A stretch of DNA of 64,000 nt from Eledone cirrhosa. Taxonomy: Eukaryota. The notes beneath the pieces were generated by a model, which saw only the letters and a program-made list of their open reading frames with translations, was not told where the DNA came from and made no database searches. The position numbers were made by a program, and so were the translations under genes. Shown in pieces: positions 12,671 to 23,906 of the stretch. The stretch lies in NCBI GenBank assembly GCA_964016885.1, contig OZ024740.1:279000001-279064000 (forward strand), read 5' to 3'. Every line of letters begins with the position of its first letter. Positions within the stretch are counted from its first letter, which is position 1.

Positions 12671-13446
12671 CTTGAGAAAAGGATAAGACTGGATGAAAAG
12701 AAGGATCCAAAAGTGACAACCTTTCGTGTAAAGGCATGAGGTCAGGATCTAAACTTTGAGTGTTATTGTAACGTCCTCCACACATAGCACAAGGAACAAC
12801 TGGAGTATAACAATGACATTTTACAGTTGAAAGACGAGTAGCTTTTCGATATAACTGGTGCAAACCAGCAGTTCGAAATAGTTTCCTTTTTCTGTAACTT
12901 TTTACAGGGCGACACCTTGCAGCCTGACACGTAATATCAACAGGCACAGCAGGTGTAGCCAAGGATTCTGAATTCTCTAATAGCTTGTCTTCAGTCTTTA
13001 CAGTTGAAGCTACATGAGTGGTTGAAACACTTTTTCCACTATGGTTATTATCAATTAACCCATTTAAGAATTTCTGTGTTGAGGTCTGACAAGTGTCTTT
13101 ACCACTAGACATTGGTGATGCTAAACCAAGAGGTAAAACGCAGTTAACTAATGATGGATTAAATTTTGATGACTGCAAAACAAGAGGTTTATTAGATTTT
13201 TCAGTTCTCTTCTCTCCACTCTTTTCCTCTTGATTAAGAATTTCTCCCGTCCGTAAATTACTAGTTACAGGTTGAGTTTGTAGAGATTCAAATACCAAGT
13301 CCCCTTTCTCACTTCTTATCTGTCTATGTGTATCACTTTGTTGTCGTATACGATATTCCAAATCAGAAACTTGAGCCTGTAACCAAGTCCAACGTGAAGC
13401 AATGGAGGAACGCTCAGCAGCCCATTTCCATTCAGATCTTCGATGA
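12671..13446 (-). CDS. KANSL1: KANSL1 second coding exon (776 nt) with WDR5-binding WIN-like motif
   Basis: Acceptor tttcAG at 13448-13447. CT+T completes Leu, giving [39 protein letters not shown]. Also TCQAARCRPV (WIN-like) and LDPSFHPVLSF. Donor G|GTAAGT at 12670. Confidence 0.93.
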
Positions 13447-14024
13447 CTGAAACAAAATGCAAGAAAAAATTTAAATAGTAACAATGCAATATGACTTCAA
13501 TATATAAGATGTAAACTACCCAAACACAACAGAATAAGAATGAATTAACAATTACAATAGAATGAAAGTTATAAGTTCTGTATGCAGGAATTAATGAAAG
13601 CAATCAGTGCAAAACAGTGTAATATCATTTTCCAATTTCATCCATTTAATAAATCAGAATCATTCTTTTTACAGAAAAAAAAATAAATAAATAAAAATAA
13701 AAATTGATGACCAATAAAATTCATATAATCATGAAATATCAATTAAATATATTAATGCAAATATGGAAATTAAAAGAAAACAAATGAAAAGTCAAATAAA
13801 TAGCTTTTACTTATTTTTCTATAATACAGAAGGATTAATAGACAATACTAATCCAGTATAAGACTTTTCTAATGATCTTGCAGGGCTAATTAAAAATTAA
13901 GTATTGAGCTTCAATTAACAGAAAAAGACTTTAAAATAAAAGTGAATAGAACTGAAGACTAACAAAGGTGCTTTTTAATATATACTAACCTAATGTCCAT
14001 TCTACAGACAGAAATTAAATGTAC

Positions 14025-14063
<39 letters not shown>

Positions 14064-14067
<4 letters not shown>

Positions 14068-14194
14068 GTTTCTACTTTAGGCACAAGGCCAGCAATTACC
14101 CAGTACTTTATTTTATATCGACCCCGTAAGGATGAAAGGCAAAGTTAACCTCGGCGGGATTTGAACTCAGAATGTAAAGGGACGTAACTATGCT
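14064..14194 (-). mobile_element. SINE (Meta-domain-like group) next to (TA)n
   Basis: Same family as 8219-8406. Further minus-strand copies at ~14834-15035, ~19196-19354 and ~19724-19906; tail-only pieces at ~18579-18611 and ~63550-63583. Confidence 0.8.
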
Positions 14195-15476
14195 ATGATG
14201 CTAAAATGGGGTGGACTTATATTCGAGATCAATATTTTGCCAATTATCACCAACTTCAAAATTCTACGTAAATGAGGTGAATTATTACACCAGTTATATT
14301 TTCAAGTGAAATTCATATTTCCTATTGTTTTTGATATGGCCTTCTTCAAACGTAATCTGTTGATTACCTGCTTCGTCTTGTAAATGGGTCAGCTTATATT
14401 TGAGTTTTTACAGTAACTAAAATTTCTCATTTCATGTGTTAATTTGCCATTATTTTTACATTCACTTCCCCATTTTTTTTTTTAGACAGTAGTCTTCAGC
14501 TGGATGCTCTATATACTTCCTATGGTACATCACCTATTGAACTGCTAAACTATATTTGAAAATACTTGCCTAAGGTGCCACACAGTAGAATCAAATCCGA
14601 ATCGATGTGGTTACAAAGCATATTTCTCATCTATACAACCATGTCTAAATGATTTAAGTCTCATTAGCAATTAGACAGCAGCCCTACGATTAAAATAACA
14701 CGATGACATAGTTAATCTTTAGTAGCCTTTGATTTAGGGGTATACTTTTGCTACTGTGTGTAATGTTACATACGTAAAATAATTATAATCTTAATTCAAA
14801 TTTTTTCAAATATCATGATGCTAATACCAAATAATGGTTTCTGATTTAGGCACAGGCCAACAATTTGGGCAAGGAAAGTCGATTAAATTGACCCTGTGTT
14901 GTTAATGGCACTTTATTTTATCGACCCTGTAAAGATGAAAGGCGGGATTTGAACTCAGAATGTAATGGCATATAAATATATACTGCAAAGCATGTCATCC
15001 GACAGCACCACTGATATTGTCAACCTACCGCCCTTATGCTAATACCAAATAATGAAACGATTATTAATTTTCTAAACAAAAGTAGTTATTAAGTCAAATT
15101 ATAAATAAATGTATAAATAATGTTATAATTCACTCTGGCAGCATTTGGCTAAAACGATTCATAACACTGCTCATTTTCAAACACAGCAAATATATTAAAG
15201 AAGAGAAAATGAGGAATGGAATATGATTACATTTTTTACATGTATATCCCATTTGTTAAAAAGAAAGAATGGGCAAAAGGATAATGTTACTTCATACAAA
15301 TGTTCTAAGTTTGCACTCTTCATAACATTCCAGTCACTGTTGCAAATAGATAAGGGCAATTGGGCTTTTTGCTTTGTTTTGAACCTTGCTTTGTGTTTTT
15401 ACATATCTATATTATATTATAAATAAATACATATAAATATATATAAATACATATATATATATATATATATATATAT

Positions 15477-18400
15477 CAGCACAGCAACAAATAGGAACAA
15501 CAACAAAATATGAAGACGTCGCATCTCAGAGTTGCAACACTTAATGTTGGCACTCTCAGAGGTAGATCTGCTGAAATAGCGGAGATGCTGGAGAGAAGGC
15601 ATGTGGATGTGTGCTGCGTGCAAGAGGTGAGATGGAGAGGTGCTTCTGCGAGACTAGTTGTAGGCAAACGTCTTAGCTATAAGCTATTCTGGGAAGGTAA
15701 GGATGATGGGTTAGGGGGAGTAGGCATTTTCCTGGCTGAGAATGGATCAATAAGACAATAGAGGTAGTTCGAGTTAGTAATCGAATAATTAAGCTTAGAT
15801 TAGTTGTAGGCAGGAGACTACTGACAATCATCTCGGCCTATGCTCCCCAAGCAGGCCTAGGCAAAGATGGGAAAGACTGCTTTTACGAGCAACTTTTACA
15901 AACAACCGCAATGACAGAGGACGGAGACATTGTTATGCTAGCAGGAGACTTCAATGGTCATGTTGGACAGCTCCAGGATGGTTACACTGGGGTACATGGT
16001 GGGCACGGTTACGGCTCAAGAAATGAAGAAGGAGTGAGACTTCTTGAATTTTGTGATGCAGGTACATTGACTATTTGCAACACAAACTTCCAGAAACCTG
16101 CCAATCACCTAATAACCTACAAATCTGGTGAGCACATAAGCCAGATTGACTTCTTACTAGTTAGGCAGCGGGACAGGCAGATAGTGTCTAATACCAAGGC
16201 ATACCCTGGGGAAGAATGTACCCCACAGCATAGGTTAGTCGTTAGTGATATCTCAGTAAGCAAGAGATGGAATGAGACATATAGGAAGGTGTGGAGAAGA
16301 AAGGTCTGGAAGCTAAAGACCTTTCACTAAAATACAAAGTTAGGAAAGCCCTTCAAGATGTATATGACGAAAAAGAAGTCGATTTAGAGACGTATGACAT
16401 AGATAATAACTGGAATTTCTTATGCGACAACTTGCTGCAGGCTACTGATGAAACTTGTGGCCGGAGCGCAACTCCAACCAGACAGAGAGTACCGGGTGGT
16501 GGAACAGCACAGTAGATAAGGCTATTAGAGACAAAAGACTAACATGGAAGGCTTGGAAAAAGGGTGGGAGTAGGGAAGAATATACAGCCACTAAGAGAGA
16601 AGCTAGACGTCAAGTGTACTTAGCACGCAGGGAGGCGGAGAGTAGGAGGTTTACCAATGTTCTGCGACGGGAAGATCAGAGGCGTGCAGTGTTCCACATT
16701 GCAAGGCAGTGTGTCAATGCAAATCAGGATGTTGTTGGAGATAAATGTGTCCGGGATGATGCCGGTGTACTTAGTGTCACGAATGATCAGAAAAAGGAGG
16801 CCTGGAAATGTCATTATGAGAGACTGATGAATGTGGAGAACGAATGAGAGAGAGAGAAATTACCCTTAGTAGATCCGACAGAGGGACCAGCTATTGAGAT
16901 TGACGAATATGGGGTCCAAGAGGCGATTAGGAAAATGAAAAATGGTAAGGCTGCTGGACCATCGGGAATAGTTGCTGAGATGCTGAAGGCATCAGGGGAC
17001 GTAGGCACTAAACAGGTTGCACGCATCATCAATCAGGCTATATATGGTGGTGTCATACCCAAAGACTGGTGCAGCAGTATTCTCATAAATTGCTACAAAG
17101 GTAAAGGGGATGCTCTGGAAAGGAGCAATTATAGGGGTATAAAACTGATGGATCAGGTTATGAAAGTGGCAGAAAGGATATTAGCACAACTAATTAGAGA
17201 AAGGGTCAAACTAGATGAGATGCAGTTTGGTTTTGTGCCTGGGAAGAGTACAACAGATGCCCTCTTCTTGGTGAGACAATTGCAAGAGAGGTTCTTAGAG
17301 AAGAATAAGCCACTATACTTAGCCTTTGTTGACCTAGAGAAGGCCTTTGATAGGGTACCCCGATCTGTCATCTGGTGGTCCCTAAGGAAGCTAGGTGTTG
17401 AGGAATGGCTTGTGAGGACAGTGCAAACTTTGTACAGAGGTACTCTCAGTAAAGTCAGGGTAGGAATGGAGTTTAGTGAGGAATTCCAGATACAAGTATG
17501 AGTACATCAAGGTTCGGTCCTCAGCCTGCTCTTGTTCATTATAGTCCTCCAAGCCATAACAGAGGAGTTTAAGACTGGCTGTCCATGGGAACTTCTCTAT
17601 GCTGACGATCTGGTTCTTATAGCAGAATCAGTAGAGGAGCTAGAGAATAAATTCTGGCTATGGAAACAGCAGTTGGAAACAAGAGGACTGAGAGTGAACC
17701 TAGCTAAGACAAAAGTATTGATGAGTAGAAAAGAGGACAAAACCCTGATTCCGTCAAGGAAATGGCCATGTCCAATATGCAGAAAAGGAACTGGCATAAA
17801 TTCTATAAAATGCACACAATGCAGATGTAGCGGGATAGCAGGCAAACTAACAGGTAGGGAGAAATATGTATGCAGTAGATGTACAGGGAAATTAGACAGT
17901 AGAAGTCGCATTGATAGACACATTTTTCAGATGCAGGAGGGCGCTATAGAAGTGGTGGATAGCTTCCGGTACCTAGGAGATCAGATTAGCATGGGAGGAG
18001 GGTGTTCCGAGGCCATAGTATCTAGAATAAGGACGGGTTGGAAGAAGTTTAGGGAGCTGCTTCCTCTGTTGACGAAGAAGGGCTTCTCTCTGCGTACGAA
18101 AGGCCGGTTGTATGATGCCTGTGTGAGGAGCGCGATGCTGCATGGTAGTGAGACACGGGCAACTGCAGAGGATATGCGACGGCTGGAGAGAAATGAGGCA
18201 AGCATGCTCCATTGGATGTGCAGTGTAAATGTGCGTGAACGACCCAGCATAAATGTGTTGAGAGAGAAAGAAACTGTGTCTGAGAGGGATAGAATGTAGT
18301 GTACGGGAGAGGAGACTGAGGTGGTATGGACATGTGATGCGCATGGAGGATGACCGATGGGTGAAGAAGTGCCAGGAAATGCCAGTTGAAGGAAGACGTA

Positions 18401-18567
18401 GTAGAGGTAGACCATGAAAAACATGGGCGGAGGTGGTGAGAACAGACCTCAATTCATTGAAGCTCACGGTGGAGATGACGAAGGACCGTGACGAGTGGAG
18501 AGATGCTGTGCTGAATAAGACCCGTCCCACCCTTGCAAGCAGGGATGATGATGATGATGATGATGAT
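15477..18567 (+). mobile_element. Near-full-length inactivated RTE-clade LINE (APE endonuclease + RT + PHD finger)
   Basis: ATLNVGTL..VCCVQEVRW, AGDFNGHVG, QIDFLL, QHRLVV (endonuclease); NYRGIKL, QFGFVPGKST, DLEKAFDRV, LLYADDL (RT); (GAT)n tail. Frameshifts near 15740, 16320, 16495 and 18270; stops at 16847, 17501 and ~18417. Confidence 0.95.
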
Positions 18568-18726
18568 ATATATATATATAATTGTTTCTACTTTAGGCAC
18601 AAGGCCAGCAATACGGTGAAAGCTATTCTATTTTCTAATTTCAAACCTGCTCACTGTTTCAAAACATACTTGTCATTTTAAACTCGCTAAGAATGTAGCT
18701 TCTAATTTGAATGGAAAGAGATGGGT

Positions 18727-18797
18727 GATGTGTTGGTGTAATGGTGGCACAGTGGTTGCAATAACCAAAGATGTGGGTTCGACTCCCATGTACGTCA
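18727..18797 (+). pseudogene. tRNA-like sequence (pseudo-tRNA or SINE head)
   Basis: tggtgtaatggtggcac D arm/A box, gtggg-ttcgact-cccat T arm, gatgtgt/gtacgtc acceptor with G-U pairs, non-canonical anticodon loop, T-run at ~18807. Confidence 0.55.
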
Positions 18798-18937
18798 ATA
18801 CTCATCTTTTTCCATTTATCTGAGGGTTCTAAACCCCATTATCGGGCTAAAATTCCTTTAGTAAAAAATACGGTGAAAGCTATTCTATTTTCTAATTTCA
18901 AACCTGCTCACTGTTTCAAAACATACTTACTTATATA

Positions 18938-18992
<55 letters not shown>

Positions 18993-19659
18993 TATACACA
19001 CACACACACATATATATATATATATGCATGGTCCCATAACTCCTGAGTCGTAGAGGCACAGTATTGATATACAGCATTTCTAAGGAATTTTTAAACCTGG
19101 CATAGCCCATCTCCTCTCCAGGTAAGAAAACAACAGATTTCTTCCAGAGGATAGCATATGAGAAAATGGAAACAAGAAAGAGATATAGCAGAAGAATAAA
19201 CCCCAGTACTTGACTGGTACTTTTTTTTTTATTGAGCTCAAAAGGATGAAAGACAAAGTTCACCATGACAGGATTCAAACTCAGAGTAGAGAACCGAAAT
19301 GAACACTGCAAAACATTCTATCCAACATCCTTACAACTTCGCAAATTCACTGCCTATATATGTACACACACACACACATATATATATATATATTCACTAA
19401 ATATTTTATTATTTGTGTGATTTAAAAATAAGATTACTCATTCATTTCAAATGATATATAAGCCAAGATGGTGTTATTTAGTCCCAGGTCAGTATGATCA
19501 AGCAAACTTATGATTGAAGACGTTCCAGCTGTGCACCATCCATTTTTTTTTTGTTTTTATCGAAGACTAAAGTGTTAAATATGTGCTTCCTTTTTTATGA
19601 AGATAGCAATTTGTGATATTAGGGGGATTTGTCTGCTATTTCTAGAAGACTGAGCTCCC

Positions 19660-19993
19660 TTAACCTCTTTCTGTTCAAACCGGCAGCTCATAATTATGTT
19701 AAGGTATTGTTCTCAAAATAAATAATTGTTTCTACTTTTGGCACAAGGCCAGCAATTATCACAGTGTATTACTGGTACTTTATTTTATCGACCCCTTAAG
19801 GATGAAAGGCAAAGTTAACCTCGGTGGATTTTGAACTCAGTCCGTAAAGGGACGTAACTGTGCTGCAAAGCATGGCGTCCGACCCTCTACCGATACTGCC
19901 AATCCAAATAATATCAAAGTCTCAGATTCGATATTATGTGAGTGAAAGTGTTTACCATGAAAATACAATAGTAATTAATGTAAATGCTAATGG
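19660..19993 (+). mobile_element. piggyBac-type MITE, copy 4 (5'-deleted, split by a minus-strand SINE at ~19724-19906)
   Basis: cctctttctgttcaaac...ctcaaaataaata [SINE] aaataatatcaaagtctcagattcgatattatg...aatgctaatggg. Confidence 0.75.
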
Positions 19994-20167
19994 GATGGGA
20001 AAGAGCAAATAGACAGTCGAAATTGTATTAAAAATCCTTAAATTATGTCCTCAGCATCATTTAAGCAAGGGAAAAAAATAACACTGCTGACTTTAGCTAA
20101 TCTAATTATATAATGTAACCAGTGTAGCACTATAACCACAGCTAATAATAAAATTATATAAACATAG

Positions 20168-20216
<49 letters not shown>

Positions 20217-20645
20217 TAAACAGATGCTAAATGATAACAATAATGATACATACACACTGCTGGTGCAACAATGATTAATAATACACATTTGATAAGTCAT
20301 TTTGAATGAAATATAAACCCAATAGTACTTTATCCCAGGTAAGCGCGATTAAGCAGACATACTATCAAAGATCGTGACCAGCCCATTAAACATTTTCTTA
20401 TTTTTTATTTGATATCTTGGACTACAGTGTTGATTGTCCTTGCCCCTTTTTAAGATAGTAGGTTGTAATTTGAGGGGAATTTGGCTGCTATTTCTAGATC
20501 AAGCAACCAAACAAAGACTCCTTTATACATTAATTATTTTGTTCAGTAATCCTTTTTTCATTTTCCATGGCTTGAAAAGAATAAAAGCAAATTGATATAA
20601 TTGAAGGAGTTTCTATATTCTCAAAATAAAGTGATTATACAAAAA

Positions 20646-21091
20646 TATGAGGTGGTATCAGAAAGTTTCTGGACTATCTCTGTAGTGCGCGAACAGAAGC
20701 AATGTTTTGAGTGGCACAGGCACTTCCAAAGTGCATCAATCCCGGAAATGTTGAAAAAAATTAGGTAATTTGTGCAAAACACGCCATTGCTTCCACACCC
20801 ACCCTACTTGCTAAATTTAGCTCCTATGGACTTCTTCCTTTTCCCGAAGATGAAAATCAAGTCAAAGGTCACCTTTTTAACACTGTTGCCAAGATCCAGC
20901 ACAAATCGCAAAAGGTTATCAACAAACTTACAAAAGACGACTTCATGGCTGCATTCCAGGAGTGGCAGAAACACTGCGATTAGTGCATTGTTGCACAAGG
21001 GGCTATTTCGAAGGAGATGGTGTTTAAACTTATGTTAAAGTCCTTTTTAAAATAAAGAGCAAGTCCAGAAAATATTTGACTTACCCTCATA
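20646..21091 (+). mobile_element. Internally deleted Tc1/mariner element
   Basis: TA-flanked imperfect TIRs tatgaggtggtatcagaaagtttctggact / agtccagaaaatatttgacttaccctcata; HPPYLLNLAPMDFFLFPKMK resembles the mariner YSPDLAP.D motif. Confidence 0.85.
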
Positions 21092-23262
21092 AATATAATA
21101 CAAATACAACTCTTAAAGCAGTGAAAACAGATATACTTCAACCATAGTTTCAGGTTCTATCCCACTACATGTTACATTAGGAAAATGTCTATTTGGATTG
21201 ACCAAATGCCGTACAAGTTGCACAAAAGCCCATTTCTCTTTCCTTGTATTCATTTAACACAGCTTGGGTAGTGGTGATGTTTGTGCATCGATCACTCAGT
21301 GATTAGATGTGTGAGGATCAGTACCATACTTAAAAGCAAGTGTTGGCATCAAGATGAATATTTGGCCATAAATTACTGCCTCAAAAATGTTCATCTAACC
21401 CATTTTAGCATAGAATGGGTGAATGTAAAAATGATAATACATGAATATGATTTGCCATGAAAGAAATGGACAGAGACGCACAGGTCATGCCTTTTCCCCA
21501 CTCAACAATTGTTTGTCCTCTTCTATTTTCATTACTTAACCAACAAACAATTCTAACACATACATCATTAACGTTTATTTTCCCTTGTTTGCATGGGTTA
21601 GATATACATACACACAGCCAGGTAGAGAAAAATAATGCAGCTGTACAATATAGGCTTCTGGTGGGATACACACACAGATGGATTACAAATTTATATAGAA
21701 ATTAAATAAATGAATATTATGTGACATTGCCCATATAGTAATAACTATTGGTATAAATAAAACCATCTAAACTCAGACCGTTAACTCTAGGTAAATCTAA
21801 CAACATAACATACCAGACCGAAGAACAATATAAAGACAATAATGAATTATTAACAATAAAACAGCTTCTGCATATCATAAAAGCCTTATAATTTAAACAT
21901 AATATTTATCAATGACATCAATGTAGATGACTAAACAATTATAACTAAAATTATTTTGATATAAACATTTCAAAGGTTTACAATATATATAATTTTGTAA
22001 ATGAGCCTAAAAAATACTCCAGATCAAAATCAATAGCCTCAGAATGAGGTAAATACCTGACCAGTCATTAAACCACACTACAAATGGGCAAAGCACATAA
22101 CTTTAGTTCCCAAACTGATTAGAGCTCCACTTCTCATTCATTGTTGAGTGGTTAGCCAACATTAACTTCAAAACTTGGAATGAAAACTGGGTTAGACTTG
22201 ACTTGCTAACAGATTATCTCTGTAACTCAAGAGACAAAAAAAATGTACAGTTAAGGATCATTTAAAACTAATACATTAGCAATGAAATAAGTTAATGTGT
22301 GCTAATTTATAAGCGTCCAAACTGTCATTAAAAAAATCTTCAAGCCATGAACGTGAGGGGGGTGTGTGTGTGTGTGTGTGTAGAAAATATGTCACACTGA
22401 GCATATCAGTAAATTGTATGCAGTGTAAGATTATAAATAAAATCAATCTGCCTAAAATCCAGGTAATATTTGTACTCTCAACAATGCAGACCTTTCCTAC
22501 ATAGAATTTCTCTAAAATTGCTTTTACACACAATCTATACTGTTGAAAAGCATTTTGATATTTAAAATTCTTAAGAATTCAAATATCTTTAGTTTCTGAA
22601 ATGAATTTGCAATAGAAACTAATGCTACATGAAAAAAACTATTGAATTCTAATCATAGAAGGTATCAGCTCTACTCTATAACCCAGATATAACAAAGCCC
22701 TCACATGCCTTGTTCACACCATCTTTGTAATATTGTCTTCTGAGTTGTTGAATAAATGTTAGATATAATTGCTTACTTCTAATCAAATATACTTTATGAC
22801 CAACTCATTCCAAAAAAAAAAATAATAAAAAGAAAGCTTGCTACAAATGAAATTTAGTTCTTCACTCAATTACCAATAGAATATATTATAAAACACTGAT
22901 ATTCCATTTACAGTTGTCCCCCGGTATTCACAGGTTACGTATTGTCATAATAGATAACAGGAAAATGAGAGGTAAAATTCGGTTTCTTGAATTTTTAATG
23001 ATAAAGGCTCAAGACCTATCATGAAAAGCAATGTGAAATGGAGCCTTTTGTTCCAAGAGAACAGACCCCCCTAGCCACTAGGCCATGTGCCATCATTCTC
23101 CACAAATTTGAACTACTCTTAATTAGCATATCAATGGATAATATTAAAAAATATAAAATTGTTAGGCTCTAAAAACGAAAAAATTTAAACAAAACAGAAA
23201 CTAGACATGTTCTTACCCTTGCACCCTACTATTGAGTGCAGCACTAACACGTTGAAGTGTTA

Positions 23263-23906
23263 TTAGTTTTGTATATGCAATAAGGATTTTTCCTTGTATT
23301 TGTAATGATCATGACTTTGGCATTGTTTTATTAGTGGATGTCCTTCCTATTACCAACTACTTTACAGCATAGACTAGGTGCCTTTTTTAGTTTTGTATAT
23401 GCAATAAGGATGTTTCATTGTATTTGTAATGGTCATGACTTTGGCATTGTTTTATTAGTGGATGTCCTTCCTATTACCAACTACTTTACAGCATAGACTA
23501 GGTGCCTTTTTTAGTTTTGTATATGCAATAAGGATGTTTCATTGTATTTGTAATGGTCATGACTTTGGCATTGTTTTATTAGTGGATGACTTTGGCATTG
23601 TTTTATTAGTGGATGTCCTTCCTATTACCAACTACTTTACAGCATAGACTAGGTGCCTTTTTTAGTTTTGTATATGCAATAAGGATTTTTCATTGTATTT
23701 TAATGGTCATGACTTGGCATTGTTTTATTAGTGGATGTCCTTCCTATTACCAATGACTTTACAGCATAGACTAGGTGCCTTTTTTAGTTTTGTATATGCA
23801 ATAAGGATTTTTCATTGTATTTGTAATGGTCATGACTTTGGCATTGTTTTATTAGTGGATGTCCTTCCTCTTCCCAACGACTTTACAGCATAGACTAGGT
23901 GCCTTT
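23263..23906. repeat. Tandem repeat, 5 copies of a 124-bp unit
   Basis: Unit starts (ttagttttgtatatgcaataagg) at 23263, 23387, 23511, 23662 and 23784; the third copy has a 27-bp internal duplication. Confidence 0.95.

Noticed and set aside
17973-18530. Minus-strand ORFs of 94-185 aa, and similar ORFs at 5284-5667, 6616-7017, 27009-27344 and 42216-42518
   Set aside because: Antisense shadows of LINE or KANSL1 coding sequence.
15477-18567. Active autonomous LINE, or programmed frameshifting/readthrough
   Set aside because: At least four frameshifts, three stops and a deletion in the PHD finger; simple decay explains them.
23210-23225. Minus-strand donor AGG|GTAAGA as a cassette exon
   Set aside because: No matching acceptor or open frame, and the flanking exons already join in phase.
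23263-23906. CRISPR-like array
   Set aside because: Whole 124-bp units repeat with no unique spacers; eukaryotic context.
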